Both the position numbers and the translations under genes were made by a program. Shown here in pieces: positions 1-13,450 of a DNA stretch of 64,000 bases (its first letter is position 1; the number at the start of each line of letters is the position of its first letter). The DNA comes from Paecilomyces variotii (lineage: Eukaryota): NCBI GenBank assembly GCA_004022145.1, contig RCNU01000010.1. One strand, written 5' to 3'. Under the pieces are notes generated by a model. That model was not told the origin of the DNA and did no database searches. It saw nothing but the letters and a program-made list of their open reading frames with translations.

Positions 1-945
1 CCAACGATGGAGCGGTCTAAAGAAAGCCAACAGCAGCAGCTTGTTCTGCAGCTCCCAGCCGTTCGAACAGTTTATCCTGGTGGCTGGTCGGGAAGAAGTC
101 AGGGCGGGCGTTGGTCGGAGAGGGGCTGCACACCAGTCACAAACCGGTCGGAGAGCTTCGCCCTGTTACATTCGAGAGAAAGATCATTGCATGCTAGAGG
201 AGTCTATCTACTATCTAGTCTATTATTTGATTCTGGTGATAGGGAGAACTAAACTCCATATCATTCATTCCCTACTCCCTATACATCACCCCGGGGAACA
301 CCAGCACAACGGCCCGCCAAAAGCTTCACCTGGAACCATGGACGACGAGGAGTCAGCATTATTCTTCGAGAATTGGTTGCTAGACCACGTATTACTCCTT
401 CGTAAGACGTCTTAGTTAAGTTAGTTAATTACCCGCCACAACCCGTACAACAAAGGGATCCACGAATCCTCGTCGTGGCAAGCTGAGCTGCCCTTGAAAC
501 GTGGTCTCTAGCTTTGGAACAATCCAGTGGCAGACCGCAGATTGTGATATATCCCTCCTGATTATTATTATTCTACTATTAGTTACTTTGTGTCTGTCTT
601 ATTGCCTTGCCGAAGATCGACGCCCGGCCGAAGCCAACAACGGCACGCCCTGAGACTCGCGGCCCGCCAAGTGATTAATCAATGCTCTAAGCTCTCCGCA
701 AAAAGTCCAGTTAAGGACAACTCTGCTTCTCCATAATCTGCCACGGCAACATCTGGGAGCAGTGACAAGGGCTCACGCTGCCATCCCGAAACAGTTGCAT
801 TTTCCATCGACACGTTCCGTCGACTGTTCATCTTGCCATCGCCGGTCTGGGATCGTTCATGGCAAGCGCTCCGTGGCCCTAATCTGGTCGCCTCACAAGG
901 GCGTCTCCCCGATATAACGCCCTTGCCATTATCGCTCATTTCAAC

Positions 946-3490
946 ATGCGATTCCTTCGCGCAGCAGCGCTTGCAGCGTTCTGTTATACAGCAACGGCCG
1001 ATCTACTTCCTCGGACATATGATACCCACGACTTTATAGCTCTGCATCTCGATTCTTCAGTCTCCCCCGAACATATCGCGCGCGTGCTCGGTGCCCGTCA
1101 CGAGGGCCAGATTGGTGAATTAGACGGCCATCATCGATTCTCACTACCCAAGGAGAAAAGCACAGAGACAGATGCACTACTGGAGGATCTCCGACAGAGA
1201 AGGATACAACGTCGACGGTCGCTCGACAATGGTGCAGCTTTGGCTAAGAGGAACGACGGTCTGGATGGGGTTCTCTGGTCCCAGAAGCTGGCGTTGAAGC
1301 AGCGCCTGCAGAAGAGGATACCGCCTCCTCTGGAGCGCCGTGGCCCCTCTGTTCGGGTTGAGAGAAGTGCGCAGGCGGATCCCATTGCCCTTCAGACTCA
1401 GAGAGATATCGCCACTACTCTCGGGATCACTGACCCCATCTTTCAGGATCAGTGGCATCTCTACAATCCTGTCCAGCTTGGCCACGATCTCAATGTCACC
1501 GGAGTCTGGCTCGAGGGCGTAACGGGACAAGGAGTCACCACGGCGATCGTTGACGATGGCTTGGACATGTACAGCGACGACCTCAGACCCAACTACTATC
1601 CTGGAGGTTCGTGGGACTACAATGATGGCACCAACGAACCGAGACCTAGACTCTTGGATGACAAGCATGGCACCAGGTGTGCGGGAGAAGTGGCTGCAGC
1701 CAAGAATAATGTGTGTGGAGTCGGAATGGCGTACGACAGCAAGGTGGCCGGAATCCGCATTCTGTCTAAACCCATCAGCGATGCGGATGAGGCAGCTGCT
1801 GTCAACTACGGCTATCAGAGCAATGACATCTACTCCTGCTCCTGGGGCCCGCCCGACGACGGCCAAACGATGGACGCGCCGGGAATACTGATCAAGAAAG
1901 CTATGGTCAATGGAGTTCAGCAAGGCCGTCATGGGAAAGGTTCTATCTTCGTCTTCGCTGCTGGTAACGGTGCGGCCAGTGATGATAATTGCAACTTTGA
2001 TGGTTACACAAACAGTATCTACAGTATCACGGTGGGCGCCATCGACAGAGAAGGCAATCATCCCAGCTATTCCGAATCATGCTCTGCCCAGCTGGTAGTC
2101 GCGTACAGCAGTGGCGGCGGTGATGCTATTCACACTACGGATGTCGGCGCGTCTAAGTGCTCTGTCACCCACGGCGGCACTTCAGCTGCTGGTCCGTTGG
2201 CAGCTGGTGCTGCGGCTCTGGCCCTGAGCGTCCGGCCTGACTTGACGTGGCGTGACATGCAGTATCTGCTGCTGGAGACGGCCGTTCCTATCCATGAGGA
2301 CGATCAGGGCTGGCAGGTAACCAAAATTGGGAAGAAGTTCAGCCACGAATGGGGATACGGCAAGGTCGACACATATGCCTTGATCCAGAAAGCGAGGGAT
2401 TGGCAGTTGGTCAAACCGCAAGCCTGGTACCACTCTCCCTGGTTGAGAGTGGAGCACGAAATCCCGCAAGGCGAACAGGGCCTTGTTAGTTCTTTCGAGA
2501 TCACGGAGGATGTCATCACGAAGGCCAACATTGGAAGACTCGAGCATGTCACTGTGACCATGAACGTCAACCACACCCGTCGTGGAGACCTCAGCGTTGA
2601 GCTGCATAGCCCCGAGGGTATTGTTAGCCACCTGAGTACGCCTCGGAGACTCGATAGTGCCAGCGTCGGTTATGTCGACTGGACTTTTATGTCTGTTGCT
2701 CACTGGTGAGTATCTCGAAGCCCCATTGCATCGAGCGGTATCAGAAAGCTAACGAATTCGCAGGGGAGAATCTGGCATCGGCCGCTGGTCTGTGATTGTT
2801 AAAGACACGAATGTTAATGAATTCACTGGTGTTTTTGTAGACTGGAGAATCAATCTCTGGGGAGAAGCTCGTGATGAATCGAACCAGCCACTTCATCCTC
2901 TTCCAGACGAGCATGACGACGATCATAATATCGAGGATGCGGTCGTGGCAACGACAACTGTTGATCCGGTCACGCAGCCGACTGAGCCGCCTAGTCTTCC
3001 TACGGATCACGTTGACCGTCCGGTGAATGCGAAGCCTTCGTCTGTTGAGGCAGTGCCGACAACTACTGCAGCCCCCGACTCAGCCGCGACGCCCACTGAG
3101 ACTGTATCGGATAGCTTCCTGCCGTCTTTCTTCCCAACATTTGGAGCTTCCAAACGCACGCAGGTCTGGATATACGCCTCCCTGGGATTGATCGTCATCT
3201 TCTGCGCCGCTCTAGGCACCTATTTCTACGTCCAGCGACGAAAGCGTCTCCGCAACAACCCTCGGGATGACTATGAGTTCGAAATGATCGAGGAGGATGA
3301 TGATAACCAAGCGCTGACCGGAGGATCTGGTGCTAAGAGACGTCGCGGCGGCGAGCTGTATAATGCGTTCGCTGGCGAGAGTGACGAGGAACTGCTAAGC
3401 GACGATGGGGATGAAGGGCCATACCGAGACCGTACCGCCAGCGATGAGGATCTCGACGAAAAGCACAAAGCAGGTCCCGAAAGGACATGA
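946..3490 (+). CDS. kexB: Kexin (Kex2/KexB) subtilisin-like proprotein convertase; exons 946-2705 and 2764-3490
   Basis: Signal peptide and KR propeptide sites; catalytic motifs VDDG, HGTRC, AGNG and GTSAA; P-domain; C-terminal TM with an acidic YEF tail. Intron GTGAGT..GCTAAC..CAG restores HWGESG. Confidence 0.97.
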
Positions 3491-4068
3491 GGAATATTTT
3501 GTCTGTCATTTGTATTGTAGCGGCATTCCTCTATGGATTCTCCCTTTTTGGTTTTGTCTCATTCGTCTATTGATCGAGATTCCCGGCGTATATCTAGTGC
3601 ATCAATACGGTTTCTAAGGAAAACCGGCCAATCTATATATATTATAGACTTAATCTTATAGAACTAGTAGCCATGTCAAATATTGGAGTTTCGGTCCTCC
3701 GTAGCTTTCTTGGTGATCAGGTATTGTTTGCTTTGACAATGTACTACTATTAATTTGATAAGTATCACAGCCTTGGGAAGTGGGATAAGCGATGACGCTC
3801 CTTGGTCGGCTTTCCCCGTCCTCCGCCCGCCGGAACTGCCGTCTCTTGGTCTCTCCGCAGTCACTACTACTACCAACTCCCAGCCTCCTGATACGATACA
3901 CTCCTGTGTAGAAGCGCGAGCGTCTGAGATCTGGCGCATCTTGCGATTCTAGAGTTTCTCCAGCTTAGCTGTTGTCCATCCACATACATTTTATTCCTCT
4001 GAGAGCTCCCGCTTTCGCATCGATCCTGTGATCCCCCGATCCCCCACGGGACCGCCTTGTTGCTCCCG

Positions 4069-5680
4069 ATGGATCACCACGACGACTTCGACAATGTTTC
4101 CTGGAGAAACGATCCCCAAAGTGACCAGTCCCGACCGCCTACCTCCGGTACAGATGTCGATGAACCACATAGAGCTGATCGCGACATCAATGGCAAGCGA
4201 AGGATGAGCTCGACCAGCGATGAGCCCCAGGCTGGACCGCTCGCCGATGCGGTCGACCTGGCAGGTATCGGGGATGGCGTGTTAGAGGTTACAGTGGACT
4301 CGCCGCTGAAGGAGAATGATGGGACGAAGGACGCATATATTTCCTACCTGGTCACTACACATGTGGGTGGTTGATTTCCTTTCGTTATATTTCATACTCC
4401 CTTGAATTCAGCTGCCTATCGGAGATCCCGTATCAGCCCGCCATGTTAACATCACTGCTTTACAGACCGATTTCAAGTCATTCCAGAAGCCAGACTTTGC
4501 TGTCCGGAGGCGTTTTACAGACTTCTACTTCCTGTACAAGACCCTGTTTCGGGAATATCCCGCCTGCGCCGTCCCCCCGCTACCGGACAAGCATAAGATG
4601 GAGTATGTGCGGGGAGACAGGTTCGGCCCAGACTTCACACAGCGGCGTGCGTGGTCGCTGCATCGCTTTCTCAAGCGCCTGACGCTGCATCCTGTACTTC
4701 GCCGGGCTCCGATATTGGTCATATTCTTAGAATCGCCAGACTGGAACGCGCATATGCGATTACGGTCGCAAAGAGCGTCCAGCACCTCCGACGGTACTGC
4801 CGCACCTGGCATCTTTGACAATTTCACCGATACATTCGTCAATGCATTTACGAAAGTGCACAAGCCAGACAAGCGGTTCATCGAGGTGCGAGAGAAGGCA
4901 GACAAGCTTGATGAGGATCTCGGCCACGTCGAGAAGATTGTGGCTAGGGTCGCCCGCCGCGAGGGAGACCTCGAAGCAGACTATGCTGACCTGGCTACGC
5001 AATTCCGGAAGTTGGTACCACTCGAGCCAAACGTGGAGGTGCCCCTACAGATCTTTGCGGCATCAGTCGAAGAGACGACACGCGGGTTGAAGATGCTCAA
5101 GGAACACACAGACCAGAACTATCTGGGATCTCTACGTGACATGGAAGCATACATCCTTTCTGTAAAGGGCCTTCTCAAGACACGCGAGCAGAAGCAACTT
5201 GACTTCGAGGCGCTGGTTGAATACCGTAATAAAGCGGTTGCTGATCGTGAGGCCCTGGCCAACAACCCATCCTCCTACTACGCCTCGAACCCGCTCACCT
5301 CATCTCCAGCCTCTTTCATCCGTTCCAAGATGGAGGACATGCGCGGCGTCGACCACGAACAGTCCCGTCGGGAACGGGTTCGGAAACTCGAACTTCGCAT
5401 CGACGAGCTCACGCGGGAAGTTGAATCGTCAAAGACGACGTCCGAAATGTTCGACGAAGAAGTCGTCCGTGAAGTAGCCGACTTTGAACGGATCAAAGCC
5501 GTCGAGTTCCGTGATACCCTTGGCGACTTTTCCGAGAAACACATCGATTTCTACCAAGGCGTCATTAACACCTGGGAACGATTCATTGCAGAAATGGAAG
5601 GCGAACTGGAAGGCGAGGAAGGACATGACTACGGTTATGGAAATGGTTCGGAATCCAGAGAGGGCGTTGGGACTGTGTAA
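4069..5680 (+). CDS. SNX4: Sorting nexin 4 (Snx4/Atg24), PX-BAR protein; exons 4069-4362 and 4466-5680
   Basis: PX motifs (KDAYISYLVTTH, RRRFTDF, PPLPDK, QRR..L.RFL) followed by a BAR coiled coil ending EVADFERIK. Confidence 0.93.
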
Positions 5681-6265
5681 TTTTCGGAATGCTACGAGAA
5701 AGAAAGAAAGAAAGAAAGAAATTCAAGCACGGGATGTTCTGCGGTCGTTGGTTCCTGTCGGAAGTTTGTGATGATCTGATTATATTAGTATTAACTTATC
5801 TACCTATGTTAAACCCTCGGGATGAGACAAATGAGAGCGGGAATAGTGATTCCACAATGTGATGTTTGAAAGCTTTCCAAATATTAATATTATTACGGTC
5901 ATTACATATGTATGTATGTTATGTATCAGAATCGAAGAGTCGAAAGAAAAGGACGAAATGAACCATTTTCCTCTCGTGGAAGAAGAAGAAAAAAAAAGAA
6001 ACCCCCTCGCTAAGTGACATCATCCATGCCCTGTGAAGAAGAGAGGGAAAAAACAATAATAATAACTATATAATCTTATTCCTTCCCCTTGCTCTCGATG
6101 TCCAGTTTCAGATATTCTGTGGCCTATCCTATCCTATCCTGCTTTCCCCAACCCCGCCCCCCCTTCTCCAAGATTCCTTATCGGTTACATATATGCGCTT
6201 TAAATAGGTATTTCATATTTTGTCTATCGTCGATGAGTTTCATTTTTTTTTGAATCTTGTTTCTT

Positions 6266-6823
6266 TCATTGCTTGGTAAATAGATACTGATGTGAGGAAT
6301 CACTGGGTCTGTGCTTTGAGTGCTTGTACGCGTACTCGAAGTCGGTAGGGCTTGGTCCGGATTGAGGATCACTGACGGCAGGGTCCTGTGCGCGGAGATG
6401 TAGACGACGAGTTCGTTCCTGGATTTTGTTGGTTATTGTTAGGGATATTATTGTTAGGATGGTAGATAAGTATGTGGTTATCATGATTCAAGCTCAGAGA
6501 TAGATCTAAAAATGAAGATGAATGGAATATTGCATGTCTTCAGGAGAGAGAGAATTATGAAGAAGAAGAGGATAATAAAAAAAAAAAGTACTCGAAGTGT
6601 ATTTATGGAATTGCACAAAACGCACCTCCATATATATCTGATTCGGAGTCTTGATTTCCGCATTCGCCCCCGCCGTCAATTGGAGGTAGGTCTCGTGGTC
6701 ATATCCGATCGATAGCTGGTTACCAGCCGTCGGTGACTTTTTGGGTTGAGCGAAGTTGGCAGTTAGATCTGTCGTCTTTTGCTCATTTGTCGTCGTGGCG
6801 GTGACACCTGAAGCAGACGCCAT
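6266..6823 (-). CDS. Small hypothetical protein (~116 aa); exons 6823-6626 and 6418-6266
   Basis: ATG at 6823; donor GTGCGT at 6625; branch CTAAC and CAG acceptor at 6419. Splicing joins two ORF pieces in frame (..QIYME|ERTRRLHL..). No domain recognised. Confidence 0.6.
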
Positions 6824-7931
6824 TTCGCGATGTGGATTATCAAGAGGAGGCAACTGGCGTCAATTCCAAGTCGCCTATGCAAAACACAGCCCTTTGGATG
6901 GGAGTTGGAGACTGGGGGACGAGAGAGAGGAACGCGCAAACAGGACAAAAGATGGATACTTTGGAAGAAAAAATACCAAGAATAGAACGGCCGGAGATCG
7001 TATAGAGACAGGTAGGTGCTTGCCCACTCAACGGCCCCGGATACACCACTATCTAGATCTGATAGATAGTAAGTAGTATTCCGATTCGGGTCGCGCTCGC
7101 ACGGGCTGACTCTTGCAAGCTAGGTAGGTACTTTGAATCCAGCAAAAACACGAAAGGGTTATGAGCAAAAAAAGGTGGCTTCGAGTAGAAAAGGCGCTAA
7201 AGGAGGAGAGAGGAGGGGATTCTCCAAGATGTACAGCTCACTTTCGTAATCCATAACGTGAAAGCGTGGCATTTCCGCCACCAGTTACGCCCCGTCGATG
7301 GGACAAGGCAGAGTAAGGGTAGAGATTTGCCGCCTATCTGAACAGAACTCTGACCAGAATCCTTGTCTTATCGTCCTTTGATTGGAAAGCGGCTCAAGGG
7401 AAAGTTGTTGCTGGAATGCAGAAGGACGGGCGTTGTACTGTACCAGCGGTGGCTGAGTCTGCATTGGTGCTTGTCCGCGAGACGCCGTCGCAGATCACCG
7501 GAACAAGAAGCGATTGCTTTCTGGAACTTACACTGTGACGCTGGGGCCAAAAAATAGGACCATCGCCATGAATATCTCCTGCGGGCGTAGCTCGCTGACG
7601 TGGATTGGCTCTGCTTACCTGCATCTATTAGGCCGGCGCGAGCAATGAAGCCGTTCAAGAGGACTGACGACAACGTCAATTGGGTTTAGTTTGGAAGTTC
7701 TCCAAGGATTATATGCGGGAGACTTCTTTTCTGCAGGTTAGTTTCTATTGTTAGCCTGATAGACTGAATAATAACACAGTAATATTAATGGAAAGGATGA
7801 TAATAATACCACTGAGTGGGCTGGGAAGAGGTTTGCTCTGTTTGCAAGAGACCTTGTCCGGCAGCTCGACCGCCGCAGAAGCATGAGTTCCTGAGCTATC
7901 CCGGATCTCCCATCACAGGGGAATTGCAGCT

Positions 7932-9520
7932 ATGCGGCCTCTAACACGTTCCGCGTTGCGGTCCTATGTCTGCTCCTCATGTCGACGGGGCGCCTTCTTC
8001 TCCCCGCGAAGGCAGTTTGCCTCCGCGACGAACAACGTGCCGGAGGTCTATGATGTAGTCTGTGTTGGAGGAGGTCCCGCCGGTCTGGGACTTCTAGCAG
8101 CTCTGAGTAGGCCCATACAACGTCCAATGGCTAGATCCTCGAAATATATAACTGATAAAGAGAAATAGGAGCATCCCCCGTCACGTCAAAACTGAAAGTA
8201 GCCCTGATCGAGGCCCAGGACCTGGATAAAGCCCGCACATGGAGCTCGGGCCCAGCTGAATATTCAAACCGAGTCAGCAGTCTTACACCCTCGTCTGTCT
8301 CGTTCTTGGATAAGATAGGAGCTTGGCAGCATGTCGACAGCTCGAGGACTCAGCAATACCAGGAGATGCAAGTGTGGGATGGAGAGACTGGTTCGAAGAT
8401 ATCATTCGATTGGTCTGCGGAGGGCTCACCGTTCGAGACACCCCGTACCATCGCGACGATGACAGAGAACGCGAACCTAGTCCGGGCATTGCTTTCACGA
8501 ATCAACTCATTGGGTGAGGATGGTGTTTCGATCTTCTCCAACACAACCGTGTCATCGATCGACAATGGTATCGACCATCCGGACGGACCGGATATGTCTG
8601 CATGGCCGGTGCTTTCACTCTCTCCAACAGCAGCAGCAACATCATCACCGCCAACGAACATCGCTGCTCGACTCTTGGTCGGTGCAGATGGCATCAACAG
8701 TCCAGTACGCTCGTTCGCGCAAATCGCCACGGATGGATGGGATTACAATAGACATGGGATCGTGGCCACTCTCGCTCTGGCTGGGCCAGAGAACCCTCCC
8801 TTCCCAGCTGGAAAGAGGACAGCATACCAGCGCTTCCTACCATCACTAGGTGGCCCAATTGCTCTGCTTCCACTCCCCGATAACCATGCCACTCTGGTCT
8901 GGTCTACCACCATTGAGAACGCAGCGTATCTGAAATCTCTCCCACCAAAGGCTTTCATCGCCATGGTCAATGCTGCTTTCCGCCTGTCGATGACGGATCT
9001 CAAGTACATGCTTGATCTGAATCCATCCTCCTCGTCTACACCAACTGAACATGAAGATGAGCTATCATGGCGAGTACAACACACTCCTCAGCCGCCTCAT
9101 ATTCCTCCCTCCGTCACAGCTGTCCAGGAACGCAGCGTTGCCTCCTTCCCACTCCGTTTCCGCCATGCTTCCACTTACGTCTCTCCACGCATCGCGTTGG
9201 TCGGAGATGCTGCCCATGTCATCCACCCGCTGGCCGGACAGGGCCTCAACCTGGGTCTCGGCGATGTCGCATCTCTAGCTAACACGATCGAATATGCCGT
9301 CACCCACGGAATGGATATCGGAGACTTGCTCACGGTGGAGCGCTATTCTTCCGAACGCTGGGCCGTGAACGCCAAGGTTGGTGGCGTCTGTGATATCCTG
9401 CACAAGCTTTACAATGTCCCTGGCCAGAGCCCGATCACCTGGGGTAGAAGCTTGGGTTTGAAGATGGTGGACCAACTACCTTTCGTCAAGGGCTTCCTGA
9501 TGAAGCAGGCTCAGGGTTAA
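7932..9520 (+). CDS. COQ6: Ubiquinone biosynthesis FAD monooxygenase Coq6; exons 7932-8106 and 8169-9520
   Basis: Mitochondrial presequence; DVVCVGGGPAG Rossmann motif; LLVGADG; ALVGDAAHVIHPLAGQGLNLG. Confidence 0.95.
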
Positions 9521-9812
9521 ATTCTCCAAAATGATATGTATTGTACTACTAGGTACTCATTAAGTAAGGTGTGGGTGGTTCCATCAATGTATTATTTATA
9601 TATCCAATCAAAGAAAACACATTCCACGTCTCCGTCCAGCATGAAAAAAGAAATAAAGCCGTTTTAAATTCTACATTAGGAGATAAGATGTGTAACGGTC
9701 TAGAATGGGTATTTTATATTCCTATTTTTATTGTTTCCCTCTTTATGTATGTATAAAGTAACCTTTCCGAAACAAGATATGTAGGAGGTCATGCTCTCTT
9801 TTTTTGGACTCA

Positions 9813-11840
9813 TCATACTCCCGCATCCTCCGTCTTCGGCGCAGCTTCAACGTTTAGGCCCTCGACCTTTTGCGCCAATTCCGTCACGGCGGTTCCACTG
9901 GCACCTGTTGTTGGGTTGTTCTTCTTTGCTAACCGGGCCTTCACCTCCTCGGGGAGAGTCTTGAGGTCGACGAGAACACCTTCCTTCTCGGGATGGCCTT
10001 CTTCCAGACCCATCTCCTTGATACGGACCTTGCCTGCCTTGAGCTCCTCTTCGCCCAGGATGACGGCGAAGGGAACACCGTTCGATTCTGCTGCCTTGAA
10101 TTGTTGGGGGAGCTTTGGCTTGACCTTGTAGCTGAATTCGGCCTGTAATTTGTGGTGTTGGTTAGTCATCTTTTTCATATGGCACCGGTAGATTGAGATT
10201 GTAGATGTAGGATCACCTACCTTAACGCCAGCCTTCCACAGGCTCTTTGCGACTTCCATACGCTCCTTCAGCATGCCAGTGAAGCCCTTTCCACCGAAGG
10301 CCATGACGAAGACGTCGACCTCTGTGCTGCGGACTGCGCTGTAGTTCCTCTCGCGCTCCATGCGAGCCTTGGTGATGGAGAAGATCCGGTCGACACCGAA
10401 TGAGATACCAACGCAGGGGATCTGCGCCTTGTTCGAGAACATGCCCACGAGGTTGTCGTAACGACCGCCTGCGGCAATACTTCCGACGCCAACAGACGGA
10501 TCATTTGATCGGTCGTCGTCCTCCAGGTTGGGGTTCTTGGACTTGTCTTTCTTTCCTGACTTTTGCAGGGTCTGCGTCTCAGCAGCTTTAGTTGCGGTAG
10601 CAGGCGCGGAACCTTCCGTGACGACTTCGTAGATAACACCGGTGCTGCAATCGGGCGCAAATTAGCTTCAGGTACTGACGGATACTGTTATGAAAAAAAG
10701 GGGGCATACTAGTAATCGAGACCTCTAGCGAGACTCAAGTCAAAGGAGAGAGTGTCTAGAACTCCAAAGGCGTCCAGATAGTCCATAAGCAGTCCCATTT
10801 CCTCCAAGCCTTGCTTCGCGGAGGCATTTGCCATGAGGGCTTCATCCTTCAGGAGCGCATCTAGCAGTTCCCGTCTTCCCTTTCTGCTGACATATGTCTC
10901 GATCTTGTCTGCCGCCGCAGGGTCCAGGCCCTTCTCCTCGACCATCTCCTTCCGCACGTCCGCCCAAGGCATCTTGTCCAGCTTGTCGACAGCACTCGAG
11001 ATCGGACGGATCTTCTCTGGTGGCACGCCGCACACCTCGAACAGACCGTCGAGAATCTTGCGGTGGTTGATCTTGATTGTGAATTGCTCCCTGTTCCAGC
11101 CGAGTTCCTCAAACACTTCCGTCACGATATTCAGAATCTCCGCATCCGGCACCATGGGGTCGAAGTTGCTACCGGCGACATCGAAGTCACACCTGGTGTC
11201 TTGGTCAGCATTATATTCGACAGAAGACAATTGACTCCTCCCATTCTGGAACTTTTCCAGGTCGCGGGTTCCAGGCGACTCACTGGTAGAATTCCCTCAT
11301 CCGCCCCTTGGCCACAGCAGGCTGATCTCGTCGGTAGACCTTGGCTATGGCATATCTCTTGATCTGGCTAACAGGGTTCATCGCCAGCCATCGCGCAAAC
11401 GGAACGGTGAGATCATATCGGAGGGAGCACAACTCTCCACCCTGATCCTGCAGATCGTAAATGAGCTTCGAGTCCTCTCCGTACTTGCCCGCCAGGATCT
11501 CCCGCAACTCGAAGACGGGCGTATCCAGCGCCGTGCCACCGTGACGTTTGAAGACCTCCGAGATGGTGCTGAAGATGCGATCACGGAGCAGGGCGTCCGA
11601 GCCGGACCAGTCCCTGGTCCCCTTGGGGGTCTTCAGAGTGAAGGAGACCTTTTCCTTCGGCATCGTGGAATCCGGTAGAGGAGAGTCGTGACTGTAGGAG
11701 AAACGGCGATGGTGGGGGATGGTGGGGGTTATTGGGCGGAAGCCCGCTGTCCTGGCGTTCAGGCTCCGGAGGGGAACAACGGCGGGCCGGTCACCAATTG
11801 CTCGTCGTGCAGAGCGCAGAAGAGATACAGAGGCCCTCAT
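9813..11840 (-). CDS. HTS1: Histidyl-tRNA synthetase (4 exons); probable mitochondrial start 11840 and cytosolic start 11663
   Basis: Class IIa HisRS motifs [44 protein letters not shown] and GGRYD, plus the anticodon-binding domain. Confidence 0.97.
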
Positions 11841-12486
11841 ACACGACTTGGGGACCAGAAAGGGAACTAAAAAGAAGACGATGGTGCGGTTGGGTTTCAG
11901 CAGGCAATTCAATTGGCGTCATCGGCCATCTAAGGTCGTCCTGGAGAGTCGCGACTTTTTCCTGGATACAAGGGACCGAAAGGGCAAGTTTGTCCGGTCT
12001 GGAAAAGGTAATTAGGGCTTGGGGTTAGGTCCGACCATATCCCCATCGACCTGAGATATGAACTATTATGACTCTGAAGTGTCCCCTCTGGTCCTGAAAA
12101 TGCGATGTCTCTCTTACGAGAGGACCCTGATTTTCACTTCTGACACGACTGCAAGGCCATCCTGCTTCTAGAAGAGGCCCATCTCTTACTTACGACAAAT
12201 CAGGTCTCGCGGCGTAAGGACGTTTGTTTCAGGACACGCCGATCGAAGCAGCCATCAGCCACACTCGGATAGCAGGCAGACAAATGGACCCTTCACGATG
12301 AATTCAGCTCAATTGCTGATAGAAATGACCGGACCTCGCAACAGTATGATGGAGTACACGTAATTGCATATTTGGCGGGGATCAGCTTTCGTTTAATGAA
12401 TTTGAATATATTGTCTTGTTACTTCGATTCACTTATATGCATCAAGTGTGTCTCTATATGAGCACAATTATCCGACTACTCCAACC

Positions 12487-13450
12487 ATGATCACCTGCTG
12501 TTTCGGCTCTCTTCTCAAACCGCGGAGACAAATCGATCTTGACAAGAAAAGGCTCCGCGAACGACACCTGCAAAATGCTCTCGTCTCATTGCCATCGACA
12601 CGACAACGCTCACTGAGCATTCCCCTGATCAAGGAACCACTAATACCTGGTAACAATAAAATCAAGAAGAATAAGAATAAGCAATCGACAAGCAATCAGT
12701 TCCAGTCCTCATTCTTTTCAAAACTACCGGCGGAAATCCGGCGGAAGATCTATATCGAAGTTCTCGGCGGACAAGTCCTTAATATCTTCAAGGATGAGAC
12801 TGCTCGTTATGTCAAATGGATACCTCAGAGGAAACCCCTACTTGCTTTACCCATGAGCTGTCGCAGGATGTACGATGGAGATATTCCCTTTTTTGTTTCT
12901 CTCCTTTTATTATTGTTATTATTACACTTTGGGGTTTCGGCAAATCACGATCCCCCCGTTCGCGTCCTTTCCCGTTCTAACGGAAAACAGATACTCTGAA
13001 ACGATCGATCTCCTCTACAGCCACAACACGTTCTTTTCCAACGACTTCGACACCATCCTCTGGTTTGTCTCTACTATTCTCCCGCAGCGACTGGCAGCAA
13101 TCCGCACTCTACACGTCGAATGGGACTGCGTGTGTTTCTGGCACGCTCGAATGCGGCCCCCACCCCCTTATGACAGGGATACGTGGATGAGAGTTTGGCG
13201 CACGATTCCATCAATGACCGGACTGCGGGAGCTGATGGTTCGTATCTGGAACGGGCCCAGGATGGATGCCGCGACGGAGATGGATGTATTCAGGCCGTTG
13301 ACTGCGCTGAAGGGGCTGGAGAGATTTGAGCTAGAGTTGCCATGGAGGTATCAAGGCGTAGGGGACGAGGAAGAAGAGGAAGGAAATCGGGATATGCCGT
13401 TCAAAATCAGAAGAGTGAGGCGCGAGTATGACATGACCAATCTTGAGTGA
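12487..13450 (+). CDS. Hypothetical protein with an F-box-like N-terminal motif (DUF7730-like fungal family); exons 12487-12869 and 12991-13450
   Basis: QSSFFSKLPAEIRRKIYIEVLG and LLALPMSCRRIYSETIDLLYSHNTF are typical of this family. Intron GTACGA..CTAAC..CAG joins two ORFs in frame. Confidence 0.75.

Noticed and set aside
1177..2061. 294-aa antisense ORF inside kexB
   Set aside because: Shadow ORF of a codon-biased gene; no recognisable motifs.
12012..12029. TTAGGG/GGTTAGG telomere-like hexamers upstream of HTS1
   Set aside because: Only two imperfect units; not an interstitial telomere array.
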